DNA of 32,000 nucleotides from Pyrolobus fumarii 1A (GCF_000223395.1 NC_015931.1:1560001-1592000), one strand, 5' to 3'; shown: positions 1 through 8,576, counted from the first letter of the stretch. Notes: generated by a model from the letters alone, not told the origin. A program made the numbers and translations.

Positions 1-16
1 TCGAGGCTGACCTGCC

Positions 17-280
17 ATGAGGGACCCGCGCGAGATAATCATAAGGCCTCTTCAGACTGAGAAAGCGCTAAGACTCATCGAGCAGCAGAACACGCTAACA
101 TTCATAGTGAGGCGTGACGCGACAAAACCAGAGATAAAGAGAGCAGTAGAGGAGCTATTCGGCGTCAAAGTAGTCAAGGTGAACACGCTGATAACGCCAA
201 GGGGCGAGAAGAAGGCATACGTAAAACTGGCTCCCGAGTACAAGGCCACCGAGATAGCCGCCAGGCTAGGCATACTCTAA
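17..280 (+). CDS. rpl23: 50S ribosomal protein uL23
   Basis: 87-aa ORF with the typical uL23 sequence ([10 protein letters not shown]..., [27 protein letters not shown]). It sits at the head of the r-protein cluster. Confidence 0.9.
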   Translation: MRDPREIIIRPLQTEKALRLIEQQNTLTFIVRRDATKPEIKRAVEELFGVKVVKVNTLITPRGEKKAYVKLAPEYKATEIAARLGIL

Positions 281-283
281 CTG

Positions 284-290
284 CTTTTAT
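284..290 (+). terminator. T-tract (CTTTTAT) just after the rpl23 stop; possible archaeal oligo-T terminator
   Basis: The T-run lies 4 nt after the stop codon and is followed by a 354-nt non-coding spacer. Confidence 0.3.
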
Positions 291-590
291 CTCCAAAAGC
301 ATCCGCATCTGTAACGTACCTTCTATGCTCTCATGCTCTTGTATTCCATATTATCTAGTCAGCCGGAACATTGTGACTGGTTGTTATCCTCCTGTGGATG
401 AGCTTCAAGTAGAGAGTTTGGGGTCACCACTGCCACCATCTTCCTCATCGTTCGGTGCAGGTCAGCCCGTTCATCCCCCGGTTCCCGGTGGTGCGAGGCC
501 GCCCTTTGAAGTTGAGTCAGACTGATGCCCTAGGCGTAGGTAATAGGGTGTGTTTGCGCATCACTCGATGCTATGTAATTCCGGGTTAGG

Positions 591-598
591 TTATAAGG
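591..598 (+). promoter_or_regulatory. TATA-box-like element (TTATAAGG) upstream of rpl22
   Basis: AT-rich octamer 44 nt upstream of the TTG start at 635. Several other genes in this window show the same spacing. Confidence 0.4.
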
Positions 599-634
599 GC
601 TTGGTATGTTCGCGCGTCTCGGGTGCGGTAGGGT

Positions 635-1105
635 TTGCCTAGATGGAAGTACAGCGTGCAGGTGGACCCTGAAAAGACGGCCAAGGCGATGGTGTGGGAC
701 GCGCCGATATCCTACAAGAAGGTTGTGGAGCTTGCTCGCGTATTGAAGGGTAAGCGTGTTGACGAGGCGCGCAAGCTCCTCGAGCGTGTAATAAGGCTCG
801 AGGAGCCCATCCCCGTCAGGAGGTACCATGGTAAGCAGGCTCACCACAGGGGCCTCGCCGACAAGTATGGGTGGCCGGTTGGCAGGTACCCCGTGAAGGC
901 TGCGAAGATTATCCTCAAGCTACTGGACAATGTAGTCAACAATGCTGAGCAGAAGGGCTTGGACACTAGCAGGCTTAAGATAATCCACATTGCGGTTCAC
1001 AAGGGGATAACCTTGAAGAGGTGGATGCCACGCGCTTTTGGCCGAGCAACGCCCAAGTGGAAGAGGCGTAGTCACATCGAGATAATCGTGGCGGAGGAGG
1101 AGTAA
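635..1105 (+). CDS. rpl22: 50S ribosomal protein uL22
   Basis: 156-aa ORF with a TTG start. The sequence PRWKYS...TAKA...ISYKK..E.AR...GK....A...LE and ...GRATP..KR.SHIEI is typical of archaeal uL22. Confidence 0.9.
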   Translation: MPRWKYSVQVDPEKTAKAMVWDAPISYKKVVELARVLKGKRVDEARKLLERVIRLEEPIPVRRYHGKQAHHRGLADKYGWPVGRYPVKAAKIILKLLDNVVNNAEQKGLDTSRLKIIHIAVHKGITLKRWMPRAFGRATPKWKRRSHIEIIVAEEE

Positions 1106-1107
1106 CC

Positions 1108-1836
1108 ATGGTGCTCATAAAGAAGTATTTCGTTCAGAAGGCCCTCCGCGAGGCAAAGATAGACGAGTATCTAGCCAAGAGGTTCTATCGTGCGGGTTAC
1201 GCTGGCGTACGTATCATAGAGCTGCCTATCGGCCACAGAGTGTACATCTATGCTGAGAGGCCGGGTATGATAATCGGGAGGGGCGGCCAGACTATCCGCG
1301 AGTTGCAATACATATTCGAGAAACACTTTGGGCTCAACAACCCCCAGGTGAGCGTCCGCCGCGTCGAAGAGCCGGATCTCAATGCGCGTGTAGTAGCCTC
1401 GAGGATAGCAGTGCTGCTCGAGAGGGGTGCTCACTACCGTCGTGTGGCCAACGTAATGCTAAGGCGTATACTTGCAGCTGGTGCGATTGGCGCCGAGATA
1501 GTAATCAGTGGTAAGCTGCGCACCGAGAGAGCCAGATATGAGAAGCTGCGTGCAGGCAAGGTCTACAGTACCGGTTACCAGGTAGAGTACATGGTAGATC
1601 GTGCGGTGATGCACGTTCTGCTAAAGCCAGGCGTCTATGGTATCGAGGTGAAGATAGTGAAGCCTGTGAGACCAGCGGACTATGTGAGGATAAAGACGCC
1701 CGAGGAGGTGAAGGAGATCGTCGAGAAGATACGTGAGGAGATGGGTCTGAAGGCTGCTGAGGCACAGGCCCAGGAGGGGCAGGCTCAAACCCAGGCGGGT
1801 GAGTCGCAGGCTGAAGGAGGCGAGGGTGGTAGCTAA
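1108..1836 (+). CDS. rps3: 30S ribosomal protein uS3, with a low-complexity Q/A/E/G C-terminal tail
   Basis: 242-aa ORF with KH-domain-like IIGRGGQTIRELQ, in the conserved position after uL22. Confidence 0.92.
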   Translation: MVLIKKYFVQKALREAKIDEYLAKRFYRAGYAGVRIIELPIGHRVYIYAERPGMIIGRGGQTIRELQYIFEKHFGLNNPQVSVRRVEEPDLNARVVASRIAVLLERGAHYRRVANVMLRRILAAGAIGAEIVISGKLRTERARYEKLRAGKVYSTGYQVEYMVDRAVMHVLLKPGVYGIEVKIVKPVRPADYVRIKTPEEVKEIVEKIREEMGLKAAEAQAQEGQAQTQAGESQAEGGEGGS

Positions 1837-2072
1837 TGGCGCGTAAACCAAAGTTCATGATAAAGACTGATGATATAAGGAAGATGAGTCCCGAGGAGCG
1901 CATCAAGAAGCTGCGTGAGTTGCAGGAAGAGCTTGTCAGGCTGCGTCTAAAGGCTGCTATGGGTACGCTTGACAACCCAGGCGCTATTCGGGCGATACGA
2001 AAGACTATCGCCAGGATACTAACTGTTATGCGCGAGGAGGAGTTAGGCATCTCGAGACAGCCCAAGAAGTAG
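1836..2072 (+). CDS. rpl29: 50S ribosomal protein uL29
   Basis: 78-aa ORF (IRKMSPEERIKKLRELQEELVRLR) whose start overlaps the rps3 stop. Confidence 0.85.
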   Translation: MARKPKFMIKTDDIRKMSPEERIKKLRELQEELVRLRLKAAMGTLDNPGAIRAIRKTIARILTVMREEELGISRQPKK

Positions 2073-2085
2073 AGGATGTTTTACT

Positions 2086-2439
2086 TTGAGGCGTACACCC
2101 TGGAACATTTTCTTCCATGTGCTCGTTGGGCTTGAAGTTTGCGTCCTATCTCATCCTGATCCAGCGATGGTTGGGCGTTGTGGAGTTGTGATTGATGAGA
2201 CTGCACGCACGCTAGTGTTGCGCGATAAGAGTGGCAAGGTCTTTCGTGTAACTAAGCGTGATGCTATCTTCGAATTTAGGGTTGGCCGAGTGTCGGTTAT
2301 TGCGGAGGGTGAGCTTATAGTAGGGCGTGTGGAAGAGCGGCTCAAGAGGCTCGAAAAGGGTAGGGGGTTGGTGGTCAGGTATGTCCTACGTGAAGGACGT
2401 TGGTATACCCGGGTTGAAGCCCCCGGAGAGAACGTGTAA
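2086..2439 (+). CDS. rnp1: RNase P protein component 1 (Rpp29/Pop4 family)
   Basis: 117-aa ORF with a TTG start. It carries VGLEVCVLSHPDPAMVGRCGVVIDETARTLVL and a later ...GRVEERLKR, and occupies the canonical archaeal slot between uL29 and uS17. Confidence 0.7.
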   Translation: MRRTPWNIFFHVLVGLEVCVLSHPDPAMVGRCGVVIDETARTLVLRDKSGKVFRVTKRDAIFEFRVGRVSVIAEGELIVGRVEERLKRLEKGRGLVVRYVLREGRWYTRVEAPGENV

Positions 2440-2734
2440 CGACAAGAAGTGTCCATGGCATGGCCGGGTGAGAGTGAGAGGGCTCATACTCAAGGGTGTG
2501 GTCGTCAAAGCCAAGATGAAGAACACTGTTGTGGTTGAGCGTGAGTATCTCTACTATGACAGGAAGTATAGAAGGTATGAGAGGAGAACGAGTAGAATAC
2601 ACGCTCATAATCCACCCTGCATTAACGCTAAGGAGGGCGACATAGTGGTTATCGGCGAGACCAGGCCCCTGGCAAAGACTGTACACTTTGTTGTGCTAGC
2701 GGTCGTTGGGCGTAAGCCGCTACACGTAAAGTGA
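2381..2734 (+). CDS. rps17: 30S ribosomal protein uS17
   Basis: The ATG at 2381 gives [28 protein letters not shown]...[17 protein letters not shown]...AH.P.C, typical of archaeal uS17. The ORF-track start at 2327 lies inside rnp1 and was trimmed. Confidence 0.88.
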   Translation: MSYVKDVGIPGLKPPERTCNDKKCPWHGRVRVRGLILKGVVVKAKMKNTVVVEREYLYYDRKYRRYERRTSRIHAHNPPCINAKEGDIVVIGETRPLAKTVHFVVLAVVGRKPLHVK

Positions 2735-2768
2735 AGAGTTTGGTCGGCCAAGGCGGGGAGGGTGTACC

Positions 2769-3182
2769 ATGGTCAAGGCTGTTACTGTTGGTTCGCGTAG
2801 GAGCGTCAACCCAGGTGTGCAGGTAGGCAGCTATGTCAAGGTGGCTGACAACAGCGGCGCCAAGGAGGTCATGATAATCGGTGTCATTGGTTACAAGGGC
2901 AGGCTTAGGAGGATCCCATGGGCCGGCGTGGGTGACATGGTAGTTGTTACTGTGAAGAAAGGTACACCAGAGATGAGGAAGCAGGTCGTAAAGGCTGTCG
3001 TCATTAGACAGAGGAGGCCCTACCGCCGCCCGGATGGCACTTGGGTGGCATTCGAGGACAACGCAGTTGTCATAGTCTCGCCTGATGGTACGCCAAAGGG
3101 TAGCGAGATACACGGCCCCGTTGCTAGAGAGGCTGCCGAGCGCTGGCCAAGAATAGCCAATATAGCCAGCATCATAGTCTAA
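2769..3182 (+). CDS. rpl14: 50S ribosomal protein uL14
   Basis: 137-aa ORF ([20 protein letters not shown]...[14 protein letters not shown]), typical uL14. Confidence 0.92.
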   Translation: MVKAVTVGSRRSVNPGVQVGSYVKVADNSGAKEVMIIGVIGYKGRLRRIPWAGVGDMVVVTVKKGTPEMRKQVVKAVVIRQRRPYRRPDGTWVAFEDNAVVIVSPDGTPKGSEIHGPVAREAAERWPRIANIASIIV

Positions 3183-3189
3183 CCTCTTG

Positions 3190-3218
3190 TGTTTTACAAG
3201 CGTCAACTCGCGTTTTGT
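3190..3218 (+). terminator. Two T-tracts (TGTTTTAC, CGTTTTGT) after rpl14
   Basis: Oligo-T runs directly after the stop codon, followed by a TATA-like element for the next gene. Confidence 0.3.
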
Positions 3219-3242
3219 GGTGCAATTCCTCCGGCCTGGTTA

Positions 3243-3251
3243 TCTTAAAAG
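3243..3251 (+). promoter_or_regulatory. TATA-box-like element (TCTTAAAAG) upstream of rpl24
   Basis: AT-rich element 44 nt upstream of the TTG at 3288. Confidence 0.4.
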
Positions 3252-3287
3252 AGGGTGTGTGCTGGGCCCAGCTCCTCGGGGTTTAGG

Positions 3288-3728
3288 TTGCGGTGGGTGA
3301 AGTCGAAGCAGCCAAAGAAGCAGAGGCGCGCTTACTTTAACGCGCCGTTGCACAAGAGGCAGAAGATGATGGCTGCTCCTCTGAGTCCAGAGCTACGCAA
3401 GGAGCTTGGTATACGTAACTTGCCGGTGCGTGTGGGCGACGAGGTAGTGATAATGAGGGGTATGTTTGCTGGGCACCGTGGCAAGGTTATGAAGGTTGAT
3501 TTGAAGAGAATGAGGATCTACGTGCAGGGTGCGACCATCAAGAACTCTAGGGGCGAGGAGAGGTTCTACCCGATACACCCCTCGAACGTCATGATAGTGA
3601 AGCTTGACCTTAGTGACCCAAGGCGTAAGGAGATAATCGAGAGGAAGCGGAAGGCTCGTGAGGAGTTCCTAGCCATAATAAAGGCGGGTAAGGAGCAGAG
3701 CACGAGCGGGGTGGAGAAGAGTGGCTAG
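3288..3728 (+). CDS. rpl24: 50S ribosomal protein uL24
   Basis: [22 protein letters not shown]...LS.ELR...[19 protein letters not shown] is typical archaeal uL24. The start is uncertain: TTG 3288 was chosen on TATA spacing, and GTG 3297 or the track start 3255 are alternatives. Confidence 0.85.
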   Translation: MRWVKSKQPKKQRRAYFNAPLHKRQKMMAAPLSPELRKELGIRNLPVRVGDEVVIMRGMFAGHRGKVMKVDLKRMRIYVQGATIKNSRGEERFYPIHPSNVMIVKLDLSDPRRKEIIERKRKAREEFLAIIKAGKEQSTSGVEKSG

Positions 3729-4488
3729 AATGGGTGGACGTAGGCATCTGAAGACGCTTGCTGCTCCAAAGTTCTGGCCAGTAAGAGAGCGTGCTGGCGT
3801 ATTCACTGTAAAGCCCAGGCCAGGCCCACACCCGCTACACCGCTGTATACCGCTACTAGTGCTCGTGAGGGACGTGCTGGGCTATGCTAAGACGGCGAGA
3901 GAGGCGCGTAAGATAATCGCTGAGGGCCACTTCAAGGTTGATGGTAGGGTCCGGAGGGACTACAAGTTCCCTGTAGGCTTCATGGATGTAGTGGAGGTCG
4001 TGGACACGGGAGAGAAGTACCGCATACTGCCATACCCGACGAGGTTCTTCATACTACACCCGATTAGTGATGAAGAGGCGAAGGTCAAGCTATGCAGGAT
4101 AGAGGACAAGTCTACTGTCAAGGGCGGTCATGTGCAGCTACACTGCCATGATGGTAGGAACGTGTTGATACGTGTCTCTGACCCGACGCGTGCTGACGAG
4201 GCCAAGCCATACCGGACACTAGGCACGTTGAAGATAACCATACCGGGTCAGGAGATACTCGACTATGTACCGCTAGAAGTTGGCAACCTCGCTATAGTCT
4301 TCGGTGGTCGCAACGTCGGTCGCGTAGGTAAGATAGTCGAGATTCAGCGTGGCATGGGTAGGAAGAGGAGTATAGTGACGCTAGAAGACGCGCGCGGCGA
4401 GAAATTCCAGACCAGCCTTGACTACGTCTTCGTTATAGGTAAGGGGGATGAGCCGCTCATCTCCCTACCGGAGGGTGCATGGAAATGA
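3721..4488 (+). CDS. rps4e: 30S ribosomal protein eS4
   Basis: 255-aa ORF ([21 protein letters not shown]...), the typical eS4 N-terminus. GTG start at 3721 or ATG at 3730. Confidence 0.9.
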   Translation: MARMGGRRHLKTLAAPKFWPVRERAGVFTVKPRPGPHPLHRCIPLLVLVRDVLGYAKTAREARKIIAEGHFKVDGRVRRDYKFPVGFMDVVEVVDTGEKYRILPYPTRFFILHPISDEEAKVKLCRIEDKSTVKGGHVQLHCHDGRNVLIRVSDPTRADEAKPYRTLGTLKITIPGQEILDYVPLEVGNLAIVFGGRNVGRVGKIVEIQRGMGRKRSIVTLEDARGEKFQTSLDYVFVIGKGDEPLISLPEGAWK

Positions 4489-5054
4489 GCCTCCCGCTCC
4501 CGCTCACACCTGAACAGATAAGGACGATAAAGGAGCGCTGGGAGAGCAACCCAATGATAAAGCCGTTCATTGCAAAGGTGACTGTCAACATTGGCGTTGG
4601 TGAGTCTGGTGAGAGGCTCTACAAGGCTGCTAAGGTGCTCGAGGAGATAACCGGTCAGAAACCCGTATTCCGCAGAGCGAAGAAGACCATCAAGGACTTT
4701 GGCGTTAAGAAAGGCGAGAACATAGCAGTAATGGTGACGCTCCGTAGAGAAAAAGCCATAGAGTTCCTCAAGAAGGCATTCGAGGCCATCGGTTACAAGC
4801 TAAAGGCTAGCCAGTTCGACCAGTTTGGCAATGTGAGCTTCGGCATAAAGGAGCACATACTGATACCAGGTACCAGGTACGACCCAGAGATAGGCATCTT
4901 CGGCATGGACGTCGCCATAACCATAGAGAGGCCTGGCTATAGGATAACGAGGCGGAGACGATGCCGCAAGAAGAGAATACCGCTGCGTCACCGCGTAACT
5001 CCCGAGGAAGCAATGTTGCTACTCCACGAGATGTTCGGCGTGAAGATAGAGTGA
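4479..5054 (+). CDS. rpl5: 50S ribosomal protein uL5
   Basis: 191-aa ORF ([20 protein letters not shown]) in the conserved position after eS4. Confidence 0.9.
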   Translation: MEMSLPLPLTPEQIRTIKERWESNPMIKPFIAKVTVNIGVGESGERLYKAAKVLEEITGQKPVFRRAKKTIKDFGVKKGENIAVMVTLRREKAIEFLKKAFEAIGYKLKASQFDQFGNVSFGIKEHILIPGTRYDPEIGIFGMDVAITIERPGYRITRRRRCRKKRIPLRHRVTPEEAMLLLHEMFGVKIE

Positions 5055-5102
5055 AGCTGGTAAAAACCCCATGGTGTAGAGGCTGGTGGAGGGGAGGAGC
5101 TA

Positions 5103-5267
5103 ATGGGGAAGTACAGGCCGCCTCGTGTCCGTAAGTATGGGCGTGGTGCAATCAAGTGTCAGAGGTGTGGTAGCCACGACGCTATTATCAGAAAGTATGG
5201 CATCTACCTTTGTCGTCAATGTTTCCGCGAGCTTGCAGTCTCATTAGGCTTTAGGAAGTATAGCTAG
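5103..5267 (+). CDS. rps14: 30S ribosomal protein uS14 (zinc-binding type); too short for the ORF track
   Basis: My translation gives [54 protein letters not shown] (54 aa). It has CxxC...CxxC and sits in the canonical slot between uL5 and uS8. Confidence 0.85.
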   Translation: MGKYRPPRVRKYGRGAIKCQRCGSHDAIIRKYGIYLCRQCFRELAVSLGFRKYS

Positions 5268-5280
5268 GGGGTGAGACGCG

Positions 5281-5682
5281 ATGGTCATGCTAGACCCACT
5301 AGCTAACGCACTCGCAACGATATACAACAACGAGATGAGGGCTAAGCCAGAGGCGCTCATCTGGCCAGCTTCAAAGCTAATCATGAACGTGCTACGTGTG
5401 ATGCAGAGAGAGGGTTACATCGGCGAGTTCGAGTACATAGACGATGGGCGTTGGGGTAAGATACGCGTACGCCTACTAGGCAGAATTAACAAGTGTGGTG
5501 TCATCAAGCCGCGCTTCCCAGTCAAGTATAGGGATCTAGAGCGTATGCCCGACTGGCTACGCAAGTACCTACCAAGCAAGGACGTAGGAATACTAATCAT
5601 CTCGACACCTAAGGGAGTGATGAGCCACCGCGAGGCTCTACAGCAAAGGCTAGGTGGCGTCCTGCTAGCCTATGTCTACTAA
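5281..5682 (+). CDS. rps8: 30S ribosomal protein uS8
   Basis: 133-aa ORF ([16 protein letters not shown]...[12 protein letters not shown]...GGVLLAYVY), typical uS8. Confidence 0.9.
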   Translation: MVMLDPLANALATIYNNEMRAKPEALIWPASKLIMNVLRVMQREGYIGEFEYIDDGRWGKIRVRLLGRINKCGVIKPRFPVKYRDLERMPDWLRKYLPSKDVGILIISTPKGVMSHREALQQRLGGVLLAYVY

Positions 5683-5691
5683 ACCCGAGAC

Positions 5692-5715
5692 GTGTTTCTT
5701 TCAGTTCTGTTTGTC
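5692..5715 (+). terminator. T-rich tract (GTGTTTCTTTCAGTTCTGTTTGTC) after rps8
   Basis: Several T-runs start 10 nt after the stop codon. Confidence 0.35.
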
Positions 5716-5839
5716 GCCTCGAATACAATCTCGGTTTGAGGCTCGTCTCTAAGCGTGCTAGCCCGCTTCTTGCATGTTACATACTTGTAGGCACTATCTC
5801 GCGAAACGTGGATTACGATCTTATGGTCTGGCGGCGACT

Positions 5840-5847
5840 TGTATATT
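5840..5847 (+). promoter_or_regulatory. TATA-box-like element (TGTATATT), with a GGAGG Shine-Dalgarno-like motif at 5874-5878, upstream of the dehydrogenase gene
   Basis: The TATA-like element is 48 nt upstream of the TTG start at 5888, and GGAGG is 9 nt upstream of that start. Confidence 0.4.
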
Positions 5848-5887
5848 GCGTGTAACGTTCTGATTCTCTTCAGGGAGGTTTTCTGGC

Positions 5888-6859
5888 TTGTACCTGGTCG
5901 TTGCTGTCGAACCTCTAGGTCTCGAGGAGAGTAAGGTACGTAAGATATTCGAAGAAACCCTTGGGCGATACGCAAAGCTAGTGCTATACGACGCTCCACC
6001 AGCGGATCAAGGGGAGCTCTTCAAAAGGATAAAAGACGCCGATATCGTTGTTACAGTCTCGTATCCCATCAGTGGCGAGGTTATCAGGAAATCCGAGAAG
6101 CTTAAAATGATCGCTGTTAGCTTTACGGGCTACGACCACGTTGATATTGAGGCTGCAAAAGAGCGCGGTATAGTAGTGTCTAATGTTCCCGGCTATGCAA
6201 CGGATTCCGTAGCCGAACTCGTCTTTGGTCTCGTGATCGTGGCAGCTAGGCGTGTAATCCAGGCTGATCGTGTAATGCGTACTGGTGGATGGAGGACCCC
6301 AGAACTGCTTGGGACTGAGCTCCGAGGAAAAACAATCGGAATAGTAGGTTTCGGTGCTATTGGAAGAAGAGTTGCGGAACTAGCAAAGGCCTTCGGTATG
6401 GACATTCTCGTTTATGACCGTAGTCCCTGGAAGGAGGAGAAGAAAAAGAAAGCTGAAGAGGTAGGAGCCAGGTTTGTGTCCCTTGATGAGCTAATGCGCA
6501 AGTCGGATATAGTGACAGTACACGTCCCACTGACTAGTGAGACGCGACACATGATACGCTATGAGCACCTTAGGCTTCTCAAGCCGGGAGCCATTCTTGT
6601 CAATGTGGCGCGGGGAGCGGTTATCAAAGAGGATGATCTGGTAAGGTTCCTGAAGGAACGAAAGGATGTCACAGCGTGCCTAGATGTATATAGTGTTGAG
6701 CCTCTACCCCCAGACCACGAGCTACGCAAACTTGAGAATGTGATACTCACGCCGCACATAGGCTTCTATACCAAGGAGGCTCTTGAAAGAAGAACGCGTG
6801 TCACTTTCGAGAACATAAAGGCGTTCATCGAGGGAAGACCCCAAAACAGAGTCGCATAG
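5888..6859 (+). CDS. D-isomer-specific 2-hydroxyacid dehydrogenase family protein (glyoxylate/hydroxypyruvate reductase or phosphoglycerate dehydrogenase-like)
   Basis: 323-aa ORF with the NAD-binding motif GKTIGIVGFGAIGRRVA and the catalytic-region motifs LVNVARG and LTPHIG. Overall layout matches the 2-Hacid_dh family. Confidence 0.85.
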   Translation: MYLVVAVEPLGLEESKVRKIFEETLGRYAKLVLYDAPPADQGELFKRIKDADIVVTVSYPISGEVIRKSEKLKMIAVSFTGYDHVDIEAAKERGIVVSNVPGYATDSVAELVFGLVIVAARRVIQADRVMRTGGWRTPELLGTELRGKTIGIVGFGAIGRRVAELAKAFGMDILVYDRSPWKEEKKKKAEEVGARFVSLDELMRKSDIVTVHVPLTSETRHMIRYEHLRLLKPGAILVNVARGAVIKEDDLVRFLKERKDVTACLDVYSVEPLPPDHELRKLENVILTPHIGFYTKEALERRTRVTFENIKAFIEGRPQNRVA

Positions 6860-6913
6860 CGCGCGAATAGTGTAGTGCATGGCGCCTGGCTCGTTTCTGG
6901 GTACCTGACGATA

Positions 6914-6923
6914 GTGTTTTTCT
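6914..6923 (+). terminator. T-tract (GTGTTTTTCT) downstream of the dehydrogenase gene
   Basis: Oligo-T run about 55 nt after the stop codon. Confidence 0.35.
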
Positions 6924-7011
6924 ACGTCTTCTAAATGCCGTAGTCCACTAGAGTTGAAGCCATCCGGTGTGGCTTGGAGTCTTGCCATGGCTCCTAGTCA
7001 CAGCGCGCCGG

Positions 7012-7019
7012 TTATTTAA
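7012..7019 (+). promoter_or_regulatory. TATA-box-like element (TTATTTAA) upstream of rpl6
   Basis: It lies 44 nt upstream of the GTG at 7056. This places the ORF-track start at 7023 too close to the TATA element to be used. Confidence 0.5.
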
Positions 7020-7055
7020 GAGGTGTGTGGATGCGGTGGCTTGGGGTGCACTATA

Positions 7056-7622
7056 GTGGCCAAGGCAGTGTACGTTGCCGAAGAAGTGCCTATCCCGGAG
7101 GGTGTCGAGGTAAAAATTGAGGGTAAGAAGGTGACCGTCAAGGGACCAAAGGGCGAGCTGACACGCGACTTTAGCCACGCCAAGGGTATAATCATAAGTG
7201 TTGTAGAGGAGGATGGCAAGAAGAAAGTGCGTATAGAGGCGTTCTTTGCCAACCGCAGGAAGAAGGCGCTTGTCGGTACGATAGCGTCTCACATAGAGAA
7301 CATGATAACGGGTGTGACCAAGGGCTTCAGGTACAAGATGAAGATAGTGTTCAGCCACTTCCCTGTGACTGTAAAGGTTGACGAGAAGAACAAGGTTATT
7401 TACATTGAGAACTTCCTTGGTGAGAAAGCGCCACGCGTAGCTAAGATACATGGTAACGTTAAGGTGCGCGTCCAAGGCGAAGATGTGATCATAGAGGGTA
7501 TCGATATTGAGGAGGTTGGGCAGACGGCAGCAAACATTGAGCAGGCTACTAAGGTTAAAGGGTTCGACCGCCGCGTGTTCATGGACGGGATTTACATCTA
7601 CGAGAGGGGGGTGGCTGAGTAA
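7056..7622 (+). CDS. rpl6: 50S ribosomal protein uL6
   Basis: VAKAVYVAEEVPIPEGVEVKIEGKKVTVKGPKGELTRDF is typical uL6. The GTG at 7056 is in frame with the track ORF 7023..7622 and was chosen on promoter spacing. Confidence 0.88.
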   Translation: MAKAVYVAEEVPIPEGVEVKIEGKKVTVKGPKGELTRDFSHAKGIIISVVEEDGKKKVRIEAFFANRRKKALVGTIASHIENMITGVTKGFRYKMKIVFSHFPVTVKVDEKNKVIYIENFLGEKAPRVAKIHGNVKVRVQGEDVIIEGIDIEEVGQTAANIEQATKVKGFDRRVFMDGIYIYERGVAE

Positions 7623-8077
7623 TGAGTGAGGCGGAGCTACGCAAGCAGATAGAAGAGTTGATGCGTAAGCGTGAAGAGATACTACGCGCCAAGAGGAGTG
7701 GCCCACTAGCGAGGATGGTTGAGCTACGCAAGAGGCTCAAGTCGAAGAAGCCGCTATTCCTAAGGCACCAGTGGTGGAAGTTCTGGAAGTTCTACCACCA
7801 GTGGGCCTGGAGGAAGCCTAAGGGTATTGACAACAAGATGAGGCTGAGGCTAAAGGGCTACCCGCCGATAGTGGAAGTCGGTTATGGCAGTCCTGCCGCT
7901 GTGCGCGGACTACACCCGACTGGCCTAGAGCCCGCCATAGTCCATAACGTCAAGGAGCTTGACTCTCTCGACCCAAGCCGCCACATCATATACGTGGCGC
8001 ACACGGTGGGGCTAAGGAAAAAGCTCCAGATTGTGGAGGAGGCGCGTAAACGGGGCTTCCGGGTAGCAAACGCGTGA
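7622..8077 (+). CDS. rpl32e: 50S ribosomal protein eL32
   Basis: 151-aa ORF. KPLFLRHQWWKF...WRKPKGIDNKMR...GYGSPAAVRGLHPTG is typical eL32. Confidence 0.85.
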   Translation: MSEAELRKQIEELMRKREEILRAKRSGPLARMVELRKRLKSKKPLFLRHQWWKFWKFYHQWAWRKPKGIDNKMRLRLKGYPPIVEVGYGSPAAVRGLHPTGLEPAIVHNVKELDSLDPSRHIIYVAHTVGLRKKLQIVEEARKRGFRVANA

Positions 8078-8078
8078 G

Positions 8079-8555
8079 GTGATGGATGAGATGCCCACCC
8101 CTGACCTTACCCTACAGAAGAGGCTAGCAGCAGAGATTCTAGGCGTAGGTGTGTCGAGAATCTGGATCGACCCTAAGCAGGTTGACAGGGTAGCCGAGGC
8201 TATAACTAGGGAAGACGTCAAGCGGCTGATCAAAGAGGGTGTCATTCAGGTCAAGCCTGTGAAGGGCAACAGCCGTGAGAGGTGGAGGAAGCGCCACGAG
8301 CAAAGGAAGAAGGGTAGGAGGCGTGGCCCGGGCAGAAGGAAAGGCGATGCTAGCGCTAGGCGCGACCCGAAGGAGGAGTGGATGAACAGGATACGCAAGA
8401 TACGCCGCTACCTACGCTGGCTACGCGACCACGGCATTATCGATAGGAGAACATATCGCAGACTATACATGTTGGCTAAGGGTGGTGCATTCCACAGCTT
8501 GAACCACCTCAAGACCTACTTAAAGGAGCAGGGCATAGTCCAGAACCCACCGTAA
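8079..8555 (+). CDS. rpl19e: 50S ribosomal protein eL19
   Basis: 158-aa ORF. LQKRLAAEILGVGVSRIWIDP and the basic RKKGRRRGPGRRKG stretch are typical eL19. The exact start is uncertain (GTG 8079, ATG 8082 or ATG 8091). Confidence 0.88.
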   Translation: MMDEMPTPDLTLQKRLAAEILGVGVSRIWIDPKQVDRVAEAITREDVKRLIKEGVIQVKPVKGNSRERWRKRHEQRKKGRRRGPGRRKGDASARRDPKEEWMNRIRKIRRYLRWLRDHGIIDRRTYRRLYMLAKGGAFHSLNHLKTYLKEQGIVQNPP

Positions 8556-8576
8556 GCACGGCTAGCATATCGTGGT

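Noticed and set aside
456-470. GGTGCAGGTCAGCCC, which superficially recalls the AGGUCAGG...CAGCC core of SRP RNA helix 8.
   Set aside because: Only a short string matches. I could not build the flanking helices or find the GNAR loop by eye, and the location is not typical. A covariance-model scan would be needed to settle it.
325-525. A 66-aa plus-strand ORF in the uL23-uL22 spacer.
   Set aside because: The translation is Pro/Ser-rich and low complexity. It has no TATA or SD signal and no recognisable family. The spacer is reported as unexplained sequence instead.
1505-2065. A 186-aa minus-strand ORF. Similar long antisense ORFs occur at 2649-3206, 9544-10038, 10596-11087, 14461-14892, 15944-16438, 22891-23337, 23868-24452 and 25004-25420.
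   Set aside because: Each lies entirely opposite a well-supported gene, has Ser/Pro/Arg/Leu-rich composition, and has no independent start signals.
6948-7706. A 252-aa minus-strand ORF covering the whole of rpl6.
   Set aside because: It is a shadow ORF antisense to a confidently identified r-protein gene. Its composition is Leu/His/Val-rich and non-protein-like, and it has no promoter. Long antisense open frames are expected given this codon bias.
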